Of a DNA stretch of 64,000 nucleotides, positions 17,882-28,268 are shown piece after piece. The stretch's first letter is position 1, and each line of letters starts with the position of its first letter. Source of the stretch: Andalucia godoyi And28 (Eukaryota; Protista; Jakobida); the NCBI GenBank assembly GCA_009859145.1, contig VRVR01000004.1:276934-340933 (forward strand). Direction: 5' to 3'. Both the position numbers and the translations under genes were made by a program. The notes under the pieces were generated by a model. That model was not told where the DNA came from. It made no database searches and was given only the letters and a program-made list of their open reading frames with translations.

Positions 17882-18933
17882 ATGGTATGTAGTCATTTTT
17901 GTCGAGGGGTTGATCTCCCCTGTTATTTTCCGTTCTTCATTTTCCCTATCCATCCTATCTTCACAGTTGAAAAAAAAAAAGATTGCCAAATTGCGTTGCT
18001 TATTGTTTTCTTTTCCACTTATCCATTTCTTAAAATGAGCAGCAACGAAGACTTGTTCGTCAGCGAAAAGAATACTTGTACAAGAAACAGCAGGAACAAG
18101 AGCATCGCTCGCTGCTTGAAAAGAAGACCAAACTGAAGTCTGCGCTTGAGAATTCGCGACCCATTCCATCGGAGCTCAAAAAAGAAGAGCGAAGTCTGCG
18201 TCGTTTAATCCGTTTGGACGATCCAGACCAAGAAAACAACTCGGAATCGCTGTTGAATGCTGGAAAGCGAAGTGTTTCGAAGCTTGACGACGAATATGCG
18301 CTGGCTGGCATTGAGGATCCACGTGTTTTGATCACGACGTGCAGAGACCCGTCATCACGACTCCAGCAATTTGCAAAAGAAGTGCGCCTGCTGTTTCCGA
18401 ACGCACAGCGAATCAATCGCGGAAACTACGTTGTGAAAGAACTTATGGATGATTGCAGATCTCGGAATATCTCAGATCTTGTTATTTTGCATGAGCATCG
18501 AGGCGAGCCGGACGGATTGATTGTTTGCCACATGCCATTCGGACCTACAGCGTTCTTCAGCATGTCGAATGTTGTAATGCGACATGATATTCCAGACGTC
18601 GGTCCTGTTTCAGAACAGTTTCCGCATCTTATCTTTAATGGATTTTCTACTCCGCTGGGTCAGAGAGTCACCACAATTTTGAAGAGCCTATTTCCGGTGC
18701 CGAAGACGGAGGCGTCCCGTGTGGTTACGTTTGCGAATCAAGAAGATGTGATCACCTTCCGCCACCATTTGTATGAACAAGAAGGAAAGGGAATCAAGCT
18801 CAAGGAAATGGGACCGCGTTTCGACATCCGGTTGTATCAGATTCGGCTCGGAACTCTTGAAATGCAGCATGCACAGGTCGAGTGGGTGCTAAGACCGTAC
18901 ATGAACACTGCAAAGAAGCGCAAGGCTCTGTAA
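17882..18933 (+). CDS. IMP4: U3 snoRNP protein Imp4 (Brix domain), two exons
   Basis: join(17882..17884,18043..18933). ATG|GTATGT...GAGCAG|CAA gives MQRRLVRQRKEYLYKK. Also ITTCRDPSSRLQQFAKE, LHEHRGEPDGLIVCHMPFGPTA and EMGPRFDIRLYQI. Confidence 0.95.
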
Positions 18934-19075
18934 AAAAAGTGAACATCCCTTTTTCGTTTCTTATCTTTCACCTGTTCTATTATTTTATGCTATATGGCGA
19001 AGTGTGCACTTCTTCGAAACACATACTCTCTTGGTGATCCATTTTTTGCAAAATTTCTCTCTCTCTCCTCATCTC

Positions 19076-19130
19076 TCACACACACACGTACACACGTACA
19101 TACACACACACACACACACACACACATACA
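19076..19130. repeat. Imperfect (CA)n microsatellite
   Basis: Directly visible. Confidence 0.9.
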
Positions 19131-19356
19131 TTTATATACACACAGAGGGTGTGGAATCGAAGGCGCCCCGCTGACAAAAACAAAAGTAAGAGTCCGGCAA
19201 TGACAGCACATAACGGGGCCGCTCTGACATGTGAGGGCTCTTGCTAAAAACTGGGTTTGGCCAAAGAGGGGGTGTGCAAAACACAGAGATTTCTGTTTTG
19301 TCCTTCCCAGTTTGTTGTATTTTGCACCTTTTGTATTTCCTTAGCTCTTCCGTATT

Positions 19357-19419
19357 GCGTGTGTGTGTGTGTGTGTGTGCGTGTGTGTGTGTGTCTGTCT
19401 GTGTGAGTGCGTGTGTGTG
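19357..19419. repeat. Imperfect (GT)n microsatellite upstream of the Myb gene
   Basis: Directly visible. It produces the spurious CVCVCV N-terminus in the ORF track. Confidence 0.9.
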
Positions 19420-19455
19420 CGGTCCTGTTCTGTTCATTCCTTTGTTTCTGTAGGC

Positions 19456-22065
19456 ATGGATCCGTCTTCTCGTCCGCCACTTTCGCTTCTCATCAACAAA
19501 CTTGGAAATGTTTCCAGTCGGCTGTTTACTCCAAATGTAGACCATAGTGCTAATGTTCAGCTCGTCCATCACCATCACCAACAGTATCACCCACTTCCCC
19601 AGCATCTCCATCAACTCCATCAGCATAATTCTCATCATAATCCTCATGCCGATGAAGTGTCCTTTTCGGAGTCGTCACACCCTCTGTTTCCGAGTGCCGC
19701 ATCTTTGAACGGAAATGCAGTTTTGAACCAAAATGTATCACAGGCTTCTGCCAGCGAAGACTCTGGAGCATCTGCACATTCGTCTGTTCCGATTTCCAAT
19801 GTTTTCCCATCAACCAGCGGAAACAGCACCGGTAATGACAACAGCAGCAGCAGCAGTATCGGCGGCGGTGGTGGTGCGCGCCATAGTCACAGTAACGTCA
19901 ACAGTAGCCGTAACAGCAGTAGCAGCGATCACATAATGACGGCTAATAGCAGCAACAATATTAGTATCAATGTTGACTATGCTGGCGGCTCGAACAATGG
20001 TGCAAGCCAGGAAGTTGATTTGTTGTGCATGGATCAATCTGCAAATCTTGGCTCATCGTCAACAGCGCTGCACCACAGTATCCGTAGTAATGGTGCAAGT
20101 AATGTATCAGCTGCAGTGATGGCGAGGATGTTTGTTCCGTTTCCGCAGGTAACAACAGTTCATTTTTCATCCGGAAATTCAATTCCTGTTTCATTTCCGA
20201 ATCCTTTGAATGCCGATTCGTCTGCAGCTGGAACTGTGTCTTCTTCTTCTTCTTCCTCTTCTTCGACGCCATCCGCAGCGTCTTCCGTGTCAGCAATTTC
20301 AGGTCTATCGCCGCTGAATCCGATCAGCGGCCAGAATAGTAACAACGGAAGTGTCAACATGACAGGAAACGTGACGAATGTTCGCGGTGTCGCTGTTTCA
20401 AGCTCTACCGCCGCCGTTTTGAATTCTTCGAGCGGTACACGGAAAAGGAATCGACCGACGAAAGGAAAATGGAAGTTTCGATGGACGTTTGAGGATGACC
20501 AGAAATTGAGGGAGGCGGTGACGATGTACCAAGATTTGCCGGTTACCTGGAGATTCATTGCAGATATTGTGGGCGGCGGAAAGACGGCCAATTCTTGTTA
20601 TCAGCGATGGAATCGAACTCTAGGAACACAAATCCGAAAGGGGCCGTTTTCGACAGCAGAGTTGTATGCATTGGCCAAAGCGGTAGCACAAGAAGGCGAG
20701 ACATGGGCCCTCGTTTCGCTCTTGGTTCCGGGGCGCACGGATACGCAGTGCAGGATGCAGTGGACAAACATCAAGTGCGGAAAGATCAAGAGTGAATATG
20801 CGGCATGGCTTCGCAGATATGTTGAACTGCATTCGCCGCAGGAGGCTGTTGTCTCAGATATGCACTCTGCAGCGTCGTCTTCATCAGAAGCAGGGGCGCA
20901 CCAACATCCGGGAATGTCTGTCGAAGATGCAGCACGGGCGCAGCTTGTGAAACAGATCGAGGAGTGGGTCTCGGAGGATCCGGATCGACAGCTGGTTACG
21001 ACGACGAAGAAATACGAATTGAATCCAGAATCGTTGAAAATGCCAGACAAGACACTTGTGCAGCTCGAGTTTGGAGAAGAAGTGTTTCGTCGCGAATGGG
21101 CGTCCGGAAAGCGCGGGCTTCGTCACCGCGTGCGTGGTGGAGAAGAATTTCGTCCTCTTGCTACTGGTTTTACTTCTGCTGCTGCTGCCTCTGGCTCAGC
21201 TTCAGCTTCTGGTTCTAGTTCTGCTTTCTCCTCTTATGCATCGACGGTGTCTGCTGTTGCTGTTGCTTCTTCTTCTTCTTCTTCTTCTTCTTCTTCTACC
21301 AAATCTTCTGCTGCTGCTGGTTCTTCATCGGTATCGGCATCGGGGACAATGGGATCTCTTTCAAGCCCCCCTTCTGGTCAGCATCCGCGGTCGGTTGGGC
21401 TGCATTCTCATCCTCAATTGCATCATCATGCTGCACAGTCCGTGCAGTTGCTCCACCATCACCATGCTCTGCACCACGTCCATCATCATGAAATTCAGAA
21501 CACCCAGCAAGATTCCCATATCCAGCTGAGTACATTCATCGCGCAACATGATGATCCGAACGATCCAACAAACGGCGGTGGCGACGATGCAGTGGAACCG
21601 CAGCCACATCACCATCATCACGACGACGACCACCATCACCAACTTCATCATCACGACGATCATCACGGACACCATCATCACCAGTCCATGGATCATCTGG
21701 ACAACGATGATGATCAAGATGAAGAGGAAGACGAAGAGGATGACGAAGAGGATGATGATGATGATGATGATGAAATCGATGAAGAGGAACGTCATCTTCG
21801 GGAGCATGATGTTGTCGTGGAAATTGGCGAGGAGGACGACAACGTCCACGTGTCTGTAAATGCCGACGAGCATGTCCCGACCGTCCCCTCTGGGCACGGA
21901 ATGGACTTGCAGCACGTTTCCGTTCTCGAGCATCCGCACGGGATGGAGACTGGACTTTCTGAAACACAGACAATGGATCTCATCAAGGACGATGACGACG
22001 TCCAGAACGATGACGATGTTCGAGAACCTGCTAGCAAGCGGTTGCGCCACAGCGATCTGCATTAA
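19456..22065 (+). CDS. Two-repeat Myb/SANT transcription factor with long Ser-, His- and Asp-rich low-complexity regions
   Basis: RWTFEDDQKLREAV..WRFIADIV.GKTANSCYQRW and KGPFSTAELYALAKAV..TWALVSLLVPGRTDTQCRMQW. First ATG after the GT repeat is at 19456. Confidence 0.9.
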   Translation: MDPSSRPPLSLLINKLGNVSSRLFTPNVDHSANVQLVHHHHQQYHPLPQHLHQLHQHNSHHNPHADEVSFSESSHPLFPSAASLNGNAVLNQNVSQASASEDSGASAHSSVPISNVFPSTSGNSTGNDNSSSSSIGGGGGARHSHSNVNSSRNSSSSDHIMTANSSNNISINVDYAGGSNNGASQEVDLLCMDQSANLGSSSTALHHSIRSNGASNVSAAVMARMFVPFPQVTTVHFSSGNSIPVSFPNPLNADSSAAGTVSSSSSSSSSTPSAASSVSAISGLSPLNPISGQNSNNGSVNMTGNVTNVRGVAVSSSTAAVLNSSSGTRKRNRPTKGKWKFRWTFEDDQKLREAVTMYQDLPVTWRFIADIVGGGKTANSCYQRWNRTLGTQIRKGPFSTAELYALAKAVAQEGETWALVSLLVPGRTDTQCRMQWTNIKCGKIKSEYAAWLRRYVELHSPQEAVVSDMHSAASSSSEAGAHQHPGMSVEDAARAQLVKQIEEWVSEDPDRQLVTTTKKYELNPESLKMPDKTLVQLEFGEEVFRREWASGKRGLRHRVRGGEEFRPLATGFTSAAAASGSASASGSSSAFSSYASTVSAVAVASSSSSSSSSSTKSSAAAGSSSVSASGTMGSLSSPPSGQHPRSVGLHSHPQLHHHAAQSVQLLHHHHALHHVHHHEIQNTQQDSHIQLSTFIAQHDDPNDPTNGGGDDAVEPQPHHHHHDDDHHHQLHHHDDHHGHHHHQSMDHLDNDDDQDEEEDEEDDEEDDDDDDDEIDEEERHLREHDVVVEIGEEDDNVHVSVNADEHVPTVPSGHGMDLQHVSVLEHPHGMETGLSETQTMDLIKDDDDVQNDDDVREPASKRLRHSDLH

Positions 22066-22197
22066 TAGTTCCCCCCCCCCCCCCTCTTTTTTCTTTATTC
22101 CCTTCTCTGTTCGTTTTTGTAAATATGCTTGCTTCCGTTTCAATCTGCCTTTCTACCGCAGTTCCTTTAAAGTTATTGTTCTTCTTGTTCGCTCGCC

Positions 22198-22473
22198 AAA
22201 ACACGAATCATTATTGGTCATCGGGCCAAACTGTCACCGAAGACAGATCCAGTTTCGGGAGAACACCAACTCTCCCATGCAGATTGCTCTGCACCAAAGG
22301 GGTCATCGCCTCTTCCTGCTCTCCGCCTCCGACAAGAGGGGGATCAACGGGTTTCTTGATTCTCGGTATCTTCGGGCACGGCCAGTTTGAGATTGTTGGG
22401 AAGATCGTCTCTTTGGAGCCATGAGATGCCTTGTCTTTGTCTCTGATGAAAGGTGCTGCTTGAGGGTTCGATT
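22198..22473 (-). ncRNA. Candidate ~275-nt structured ncRNA, copy 2, family unidentified
   Basis: Same hairpins as copy 1; ends in T4 on the minus strand. Confidence 0.55.
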
Positions 22474-22535
22474 AAAAAATATTGAGGAAAAAAAAACCAG
22501 AAAATAGTGGAAGGAAGAAAAGCGGGGACTTGACT
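22205..22535. repeat. Dispersed repeat copy 2 (direct duplicate of 5445-5775)
   Basis: Same sequence and orientation as copy 1. Confidence 0.97.
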
Positions 22536-22585
22536 GCGGTTAGAAAATCGTATTGTTTAAAGTACAATGCTGATACACAAAGCTG

Positions 22586-25087
22586 TCATCCGTCCGATCC
22601 GTCGAGGCCATCGGATCGAGAATCGTCCATATCAAGATCGTCGTCATCGTGCCGACTCGCATTGTTGCCATAAAACCCTGGAGAATACACGTCTTGATCG
22701 GAGATGTGCCAATTGTCAAAGTCATCATTGGACTTGAAATCCTCTGATCGATATCTGCTGGGGATCGCAGAGCCATTCGAGGCAGGTGGTGCTGCAAGAT
22801 TGCCCGAACCTTTCGACGACGGCCGAACAATCGAGCCACCCATACGACCTTGCATTGCAAGAAGATGCGACTCCGCCGCGTACGACGACTGGTAGGAATC
22901 CATGTCGTGGACTTCCTCTCCGTCGATGGATTCTTGCCACGTCGAATTATAATAATCAAATTTCTTCTGTCGAACAATGGCAGCCCATTCATCATTCGTC
23001 TCCAGAATAACATCCAAAGTCTGGTCCGTCATCTTGCGGATCTCTTCATTTGAATCGTACAAAAGTTCCACAAGATACGGAATGATGTGGGGATGGCGCA
23101 GCAACGCAGAACGGGCAATGGGCTTCGTGACCAGTGCAAAGAACACATAGGAAATTTGTAGAACCATCTCGTCGTCTTCCTGCTTGTCGACAAGCAAATC
23201 GCACAACGAATGAACGAGAGCAGATTTTGACACCAGATCCGCACACTTTTCGTCATGCATCATCGTTCCGATCAAGATGACAATCTCCAGCACAACGTCG
23301 TCTTCTGCATATCCAGGAACAAGGTTCTTGGTCATGAATTCAATGAGGTGGTAACGCACAATCATTCCAGAAAAGTCAATTGATTGCAAGTTGAGATTTG
23401 CCAAAGTTCCGAGCACTTCGACCAAAAAGTCCGATGCCTCATCGATATCTGCATTAGCGAACTGCGCAACACACGCCCCGAAATCATGCGCATACATTGC
23501 CAATCGCTTCTTCACAGAGTCATGCATCGAAAAGTTCCGCACGGCCTTCATCAACAACGGGTCTTGTGTACGCAAGGATCGCTGAACCATGACGTCGAGG
23601 CCCGTAACCGCGGTGCTTCGACCGCTGGCGTTCTGGTAGTTTTGCTGGACGTGCATTGGAACTGGGAAACCGGACATTGCCTCTGCGTTCCGCACATTGG
23701 ATGCCAAATTGACAGTCAACGCGACAAGCTCACGATTCATGTGCAACCAATCTCCCGACTGCGGATCGACTTCTGGGTAATTCAAGAGCAGATCCATGAC
23801 CGCTGAGAGTCCGTCTGAGTATAAGAACATGGACCGGCAATTCTCGTCCAACGTGAACTGGTACAACAATCGCAGCACGATTTGCAGGTGCTGTGACTTT
23901 TGGAGCAAAGCTACCAATCGAGGAACAACCCCGCCGTCCAGGAACTGAGTTCGAAACGACGGATCAAAGGACAAGTTGATCATCAGCCGGATCAGTCTGT
24001 CCATTGAAACTTCATTCAGTGCCTTCTTCGCGGTTCCAAACAGCGCGCTGAGTCTCTGCGCAACTTCATGCTCTCTCATTTCATCCTTGTTCTCTGCAAA
24101 GATGGACAGCTTCTTCAAAAATGTCAGCGTGACTGTCAGCAACTCCGCAGACAGGTATGTTCTTTGCAATACTGAACACAGATAGAACACCAGATTCTTG
24201 TTTCTCATTTTTCTCTCAATTGCAATGTCCTCGGCGAGATTTAACAAGATGGAAAACGCAATCGTGAGCAGCGTATTCTGCAAAGGGGCAATTTCCTTCC
24301 TTTCTGCATCCTTGTCTCGAACGCTCCACCTCTTCATTTCCAACTCCACCATAGACATCACAACGGCCCCGACTTTATGCTGCGTAATAATCGGGTGAAA
24401 CTGTGAAAAGTGCGCCATTGCATAAAACACATACAGCAGATTCATCAGGTAATCATACGACTTCTTTCCTTCTTCTCTCAGCTCGCGGGACAGCAGGTTC
24501 ATGAGCGATTCATTGGTCGCAAGTAGTTCAAGGGCAGCAGGCTGTTTGGACAGCAGTGCAATCTTTGCGGATCCAACAGTCTTTTCCTTGATGTCCACCG
24601 AGTACAGAGCTTCCATATACTCTGACAAGTTGTTGATGCTGACATCCGAACCATCGACATTCTGCGAGTTGTAATCCACTGAATTTCGGTACTGCTGCTG
24701 TTGTGACGACGATGGCGGTTGTTTGTTCTGTTGTTGCGAAGACCTTTGCGAGATGCGTCGTTGAAGGACATATATGACGTCCTCGATCGAATTCAGCTTG
24801 GATGAATCGAGAAATCGAGAAGAAGCAACCAGCTTCTTCGCAAGCGCCGAAATATCCGTGTACTCGTCTAATTCACGCACCAACGAAATTGTCTTGTGTC
24901 CTTCTTTCACTTTGCAATCGATCTTCCGATCATTCGCGTCAAATGTCGTCGTCTCAACTTGGAAGTTCACAAGAATCGCAAGCTCGTTTGCATCCGCTTC
25001 AATCCTACCCACGCGTACCTTCTTCTTCTCTCGAGTCGCAGCCGGGGCCGCAGCCGAAGCTGATGAACTCGGCAATGTTTGAGACAT
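22586..25087 (-). CDS. KIFAP3: Kinesin-associated protein 3 (heterotrimeric kinesin-2 / IFT cargo adaptor, ARM repeats)
   Basis: LSEYMEALY, NESLMNLLSRELREEGKKS, LLNLAEDIAIERKMRNK, LTFLKKLSIFAENKDEM, KQEDDEMVLQI, FDYYNSTW. First ATG is at 25087. Confidence 0.95.
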   Translation of the reverse strand: MSQTLPSSSASAAAPAATREKKKVRVGRIEADANELAILVNFQVETTTFDANDRKIDCKVKEGHKTISLVRELDEYTDISALAKKLVASSRFLDSSKLNSIEDVIYVLQRRISQRSSQQQNKQPPSSSQQQQYRNSVDYNSQNVDGSDVSINNLSEYMEALYSVDIKEKTVGSAKIALLSKQPAALELLATNESLMNLLSRELREEGKKSYDYLMNLLYVFYAMAHFSQFHPIITQHKVGAVVMSMVELEMKRWSVRDKDAERKEIAPLQNTLLTIAFSILLNLAEDIAIERKMRNKNLVFYLCSVLQRTYLSAELLTVTLTFLKKLSIFAENKDEMREHEVAQRLSALFGTAKKALNEVSMDRLIRLMINLSFDPSFRTQFLDGGVVPRLVALLQKSQHLQIVLRLLYQFTLDENCRSMFLYSDGLSAVMDLLLNYPEVDPQSGDWLHMNRELVALTVNLASNVRNAEAMSGFPVPMHVQQNYQNASGRSTAVTGLDVMVQRSLRTQDPLLMKAVRNFSMHDSVKKRLAMYAHDFGACVAQFANADIDEASDFLVEVLGTLANLNLQSIDFSGMIVRYHLIEFMTKNLVPGYAEDDVVLEIVILIGTMMHDEKCADLVSKSALVHSLCDLLVDKQEDDEMVLQISYVFFALVTKPIARSALLRHPHIIPYLVELLYDSNEEIRKMTDQTLDVILETNDEWAAIVRQKKFDYYNSTWQESIDGEEVHDMDSYQSSYAAESHLLAMQGRMGGSIVRPSSKGSGNLAAPPASNGSAIPSRYRSEDFKSNDDFDNWHISDQDVYSPGFYGNNASRHDDDDLDMDDSRSDGLDGSDG

Positions 25088-25548
25088 TTTCAATTAAATC
25101 TTCCTCTTTTTTTTTCCCCTTCCGCGTCTTGATTCTTTTCTAACGTTCAGAAAACAAGCGCGCGCGCACACACACACACACACACAAGTACTGGTTAAGG
25201 AACAGGTCGTTGTGTGAAATTTAAAATTTAAAAAATAAATAATTTAAAAAACCAAATAGGTAATGTATAAAGTATATAACAATAATTAATTGAACAATCT
25301 CCCTGAAAAAGAAACCATAGAACGCTGATTAGGGCGTTTGAAAGAAACCCAATTCGGGGGTGTGTTAACGGTGAGTCTACGACAGTCACTTCCAAACACC
25401 CGTTCACGCTGTGTCGTGCTTCGTGTGCAAAGAGAGGCGACCGAAAACGATTTTTTGATGCGCAGCGGATTTGTTCTCTGTTTTTTGTTTTTTGCAGAAT
25501 CCCACCTTTTGGGCCTGGGTTTAGGTCCGAAAGCGCAAGAAGCGTTTA

Positions 25549-25806
25549 ATGTTCAAATATGGTGTCGAGTCAGTGGCGCCGTTCTTTAAAGTTTTGCAAA
25601 TCACTCATGTGGACGGAGGTCTTGACGGGAGTTGTCAGAAATTGAGCGTTCACTTCTTTGTACAGCTTAGTAGGACATCTACCCTGCGTGCGGACCGCGT
25701 TTTTGTGCCGGACTATCGATTTGCAAATAATAACTATAACAACTACAGCAACTACAACAACTACAACAACAACAACAATAATAATAATAGCTGTAAATAC
25801 GGATGA
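25549..25806 (+). CDS. Possible 85-aa protein with Asn/Tyr-rich tail
   Basis: ATG-initiated ORF preceded by an intron-like segment (GTGAGT near 25370, pyrimidine tract and GCAG at 25498). The tail comes from an (AAC/TAC/AAT) repeat. It could be non-coding. Confidence 0.3.
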   Translation: MFKYGVESVAPFFKVLQITHVDGGLDGSCQKLSVHFFVQLSRTSTLRADRVFVPDYRFANNNYNNYSNYNNYNNNNNNNNSCKYG

Positions 25807-25879
25807 ATGGAAAACATGCCAATTTATGGTGGTAAGAGTGCACTTCTGCTTGCGTATGAGTGTGTGTGGCGGTGTGCAG

Positions 25880-26464
25880 TCAAGCGAGGTTGGACGACTT
25901 GGAGGAGGAGTTGGACGAGGTGGACATGGAGAGTGCTCCATGATCTCCGAGTCCCTTTATGCCACCTTTGGAAGATGGAGGCGAATGGCCCATGAGTTTC
26001 GCTTTGAGGTACCCAAACGCATGAATCATCTTGCTGGAAGGCACATCCCAGTACTCGGCAAGATCGATCTTAATGCACAGGAGACATGTATGCGGGTCGT
26101 CGACACCGCCCGGGAACCACGTTCGGAAAGACTCGCTCCAAAGCTCCTTGAGCCGCTCCTTGTCATACACGTGGGTCGCCACTCCGGAGAGTGAGACGTA
26201 CGCGTTCTTGGACGGATCCGAGTAGGACACGTTCACACGGGCGTTCTCCTGCGTCTCCTGCATCTTATGTGAGTCGCGCTGCGTGAAGAACCACACGCAG
26301 CCGTCCGAGGCACAGCTCTGTTTTGGCAGTGTCGCCATCGGCCGAGAGCGAAGAGAGTTCATCTCGGCATCATAGGTCGTCAGCATCGCAATCTTGATGT
26401 TCCGAATCATTTCCCACACCTTTGCCTGGTTACTCTGATCATTGTCATTCATCTGTCCCTGCAT
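25880..26464 (-). CDS. General stress protein / pyridoxamine 5'-phosphate oxidase-like FMN-binding split-barrel protein
   Basis: IRNIKIAMLTT..LRSRPMA..VWFFT..VNVSYSD..YVSLSG..LKELWS..TWFPGGVDDP..AEYWD. First ATG is at 26464. Confidence 0.9.
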   Translation of the reverse strand: MQGQMNDNDQSNQAKVWEMIRNIKIAMLTTYDAEMNSLRSRPMATLPKQSCASDGCVWFFTQRDSHKMQETQENARVNVSYSDPSKNAYVSLSGVATHVYDKERLKELWSESFRTWFPGGVDDPHTCLLCIKIDLAEYWDVPSSKMIHAFGYLKAKLMGHSPPSSKGGIKGLGDHGALSMSTSSNSSSKSSNLA

Positions 26465-27023
26465 TATCGCCGCCAATCAATCTAATTGATAAATAATACA
26501 AAGGTGGTTTTTGTCCCTGATATCCACTCTTTGTACTGCGTATTCGGTGTTTGCCTATCGCCAGTACCTCCCCGTTTTACTTTTTTATATGTTCATCCGG
26601 AAAAGAAAAAAAAAACAGAAAGAAAACAGAAGAAGAAGCAAGATTTGGCACAGTCCTTGCCTCCTTCGCACCCCGCGTCTCCAAGACGTCCTCCCGCAAC
26701 ACATTCACAGCAACCTTTTTATTTGTTGAAGTTCTGGTTTGCGTCGTGGAAGAAGTGCAGTTGAACTTGCGGCTTTGTGAGCCTCTCTCCCCCCCCAATC
26801 GACCCAGCGGAACGCGTGCAGCGCCTGTAGTCCAACTCCTCTTTTCCAACGTCTGCATGGGTGAGTATCGACAGAATAATAAAGCCTTCACGTTTTTCAA
26901 AAAACCAAACCAATAACACAAACGTTTTTTTCGTTCTTGTTTCTGCGTGTACTTTTTTTTTTTTTTGGTTGCAAATTCTTTTTTCCCGCAATTAAAAAGA
27001 GAAGTTAAGAATATTTGGCGAAA

Positions 27024-27503
27024 ATGGCGATGAATTGGAAGTCGGAGAAGATCAATGAGATCTCAAAGAACAAGATTTGGTGTGAGTCGATTGCAAAGGA
27101 AGAAAAGCATCTTCGACCGATTGAGCATTACGATGTCGATCCGCGTCACGTATATTCGATAGCGGAAAAACCAAATACTCGCCCTGCGCGGTTTCTGGAC
27201 AAGTACACTCGGGTTGTGCTTCCGGAAGAAACGAAGCTTCGCACTCTTGAAAATATGATTTCGGAGCCAAACGACTTTTCAGAAAAGTTTGCATCGACTC
27301 GGAAAACACCAGTGCAAAAACTCGATGAACCGCTTACAACGCAGCAGGAGCTTGGCTGGGAACTGGCCAAATCAGGCTCGCCGTCAAAAAGAAGATTCTA
27401 CTATCCTAAGACACAGTGCGATGTCACACGGTTTGCTGCGGAGCTCGTGAAGGCCAATGTTCTTTCTGGAGAGCCGAAGGGACCGAAGAAGAAGGGTGCG
27501 TGA
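27024..27503 (+). CDS. FAM183/CFAP144-like ciliary microtubule inner protein
   Basis: IWCESIAKE, AEKPNTRP, PLTTQQELGW, FYYPKTQCDVTRFA follow the FAM183 pattern. First ATG is at 27024. Confidence 0.7.
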   Translation: MAMNWKSEKINEISKNKIWCESIAKEEKHLRPIEHYDVDPRHVYSIAEKPNTRPARFLDKYTRVVLPEETKLRTLENMISEPNDFSEKFASTRKTPVQKLDEPLTTQQELGWELAKSGSPSKRRFYYPKTQCDVTRFAAELVKANVLSGEPKGPKKKGA

Positions 27504-27710
27504 GCGACAGCGCAAACAACAAGAAGAAGAAGAAGGGGGGAAAAATTGCTTTTGCTTTGTATTATGTATGTATAGAATTCTGCCTTGTATGGGGGTTTCT
27601 CCCACCACCACCGCCTCTGCATCCCAATGTGGACCCGTAAAGCACTTGCCCGAATGATGATGACTGCTGTTTTTGTTTTGTTGGATTGGCTTGTTGTGAT
27701 CATGCTTATT

Positions 27711-28268
27711 TTATTGGGGAACATTGCACCAACAGGATTCCTTGATCCACGACTTCTCGGCCTTGGAGGGCTGTCGAATGTGCACGCCCGAGTACGTAAA
27801 GATCGCGTCGTCAACAGGGCTGTAGTATCCGTACCCCACGTCGAAGCAAGCGCTTGGTACCGTACTTCTGTCGTTTGAAAAAACGGAGTTTCCTGCCGGT
27901 GGAATCGCCATTCGTTCGCAGTGGAACCTTCTGTCTGAAGTAAACGTGCAGTACTCCCACTTTCCACCATCCTTGCTCTGCTGCTGCTGCTGCACATCCT
28001 TGTAAAACAGCGCATCCGGGAATATATACGTCCCTTTCACTTCTTTTCCTTGGTCCCATTCACAAATGTACATGCCGCCGTCCGGAAAATGAATCACGCC
28101 CTTTCCGTGGAAATGAGAGTCCTTGAACTCCCCGGAATACAGATTGCCGTTGGGAAACCGAAACACACCATTGCCTTCCATTCGCCCACTGACCAACTCG
28201 CCTTCATAGGAATTCCCATTCACAAACTCCAGGGTTCCGTGCGTATCCAGCGGCGAAACAGTCGTCAT
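27711..28268 (-). CDS. MORN5: MORN repeat-containing protein 5-like
   Basis: Three MORN repeats (YEGELVSGRMEGNGVFRFPNG, YSGEFKDSHFHGKGVIHFPDG), then WEYC..DRRFHCE, CFDVGYGYYSP and AEKSWI. Confidence 0.88.
   Translation of the reverse strand: MTTVSPLDTHGTLEFVNGNSYEGELVSGRMEGNGVFRFPNGNLYSGEFKDSHFHGKGVIHFPDGGMYICEWDQGKEVKGTYIFPDALFYKDVQQQQQSKDGGKWEYCTFTSDRRFHCERMAIPPAGNSVFSNDRSTVPSACFDVGYGYYSPVDDAIFTYSGVHIRQPSKAEKSWIKESCWCNVPQ

Noticed and set aside
18035-18075. Programmed frameshift or assembly indel at the IMP4 start
   Set aside because: A canonical intron directly after ATG 17882 explains the missing start without recoding.
19186-19453. 5' UTR intron of the Myb gene (GTAAGA...CTGTAG); similarly a possible acceptor near 44236 for the PUF gene
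   Set aside because: Plausible, but with no coding-phase constraint it cannot be supported from sequence alone.
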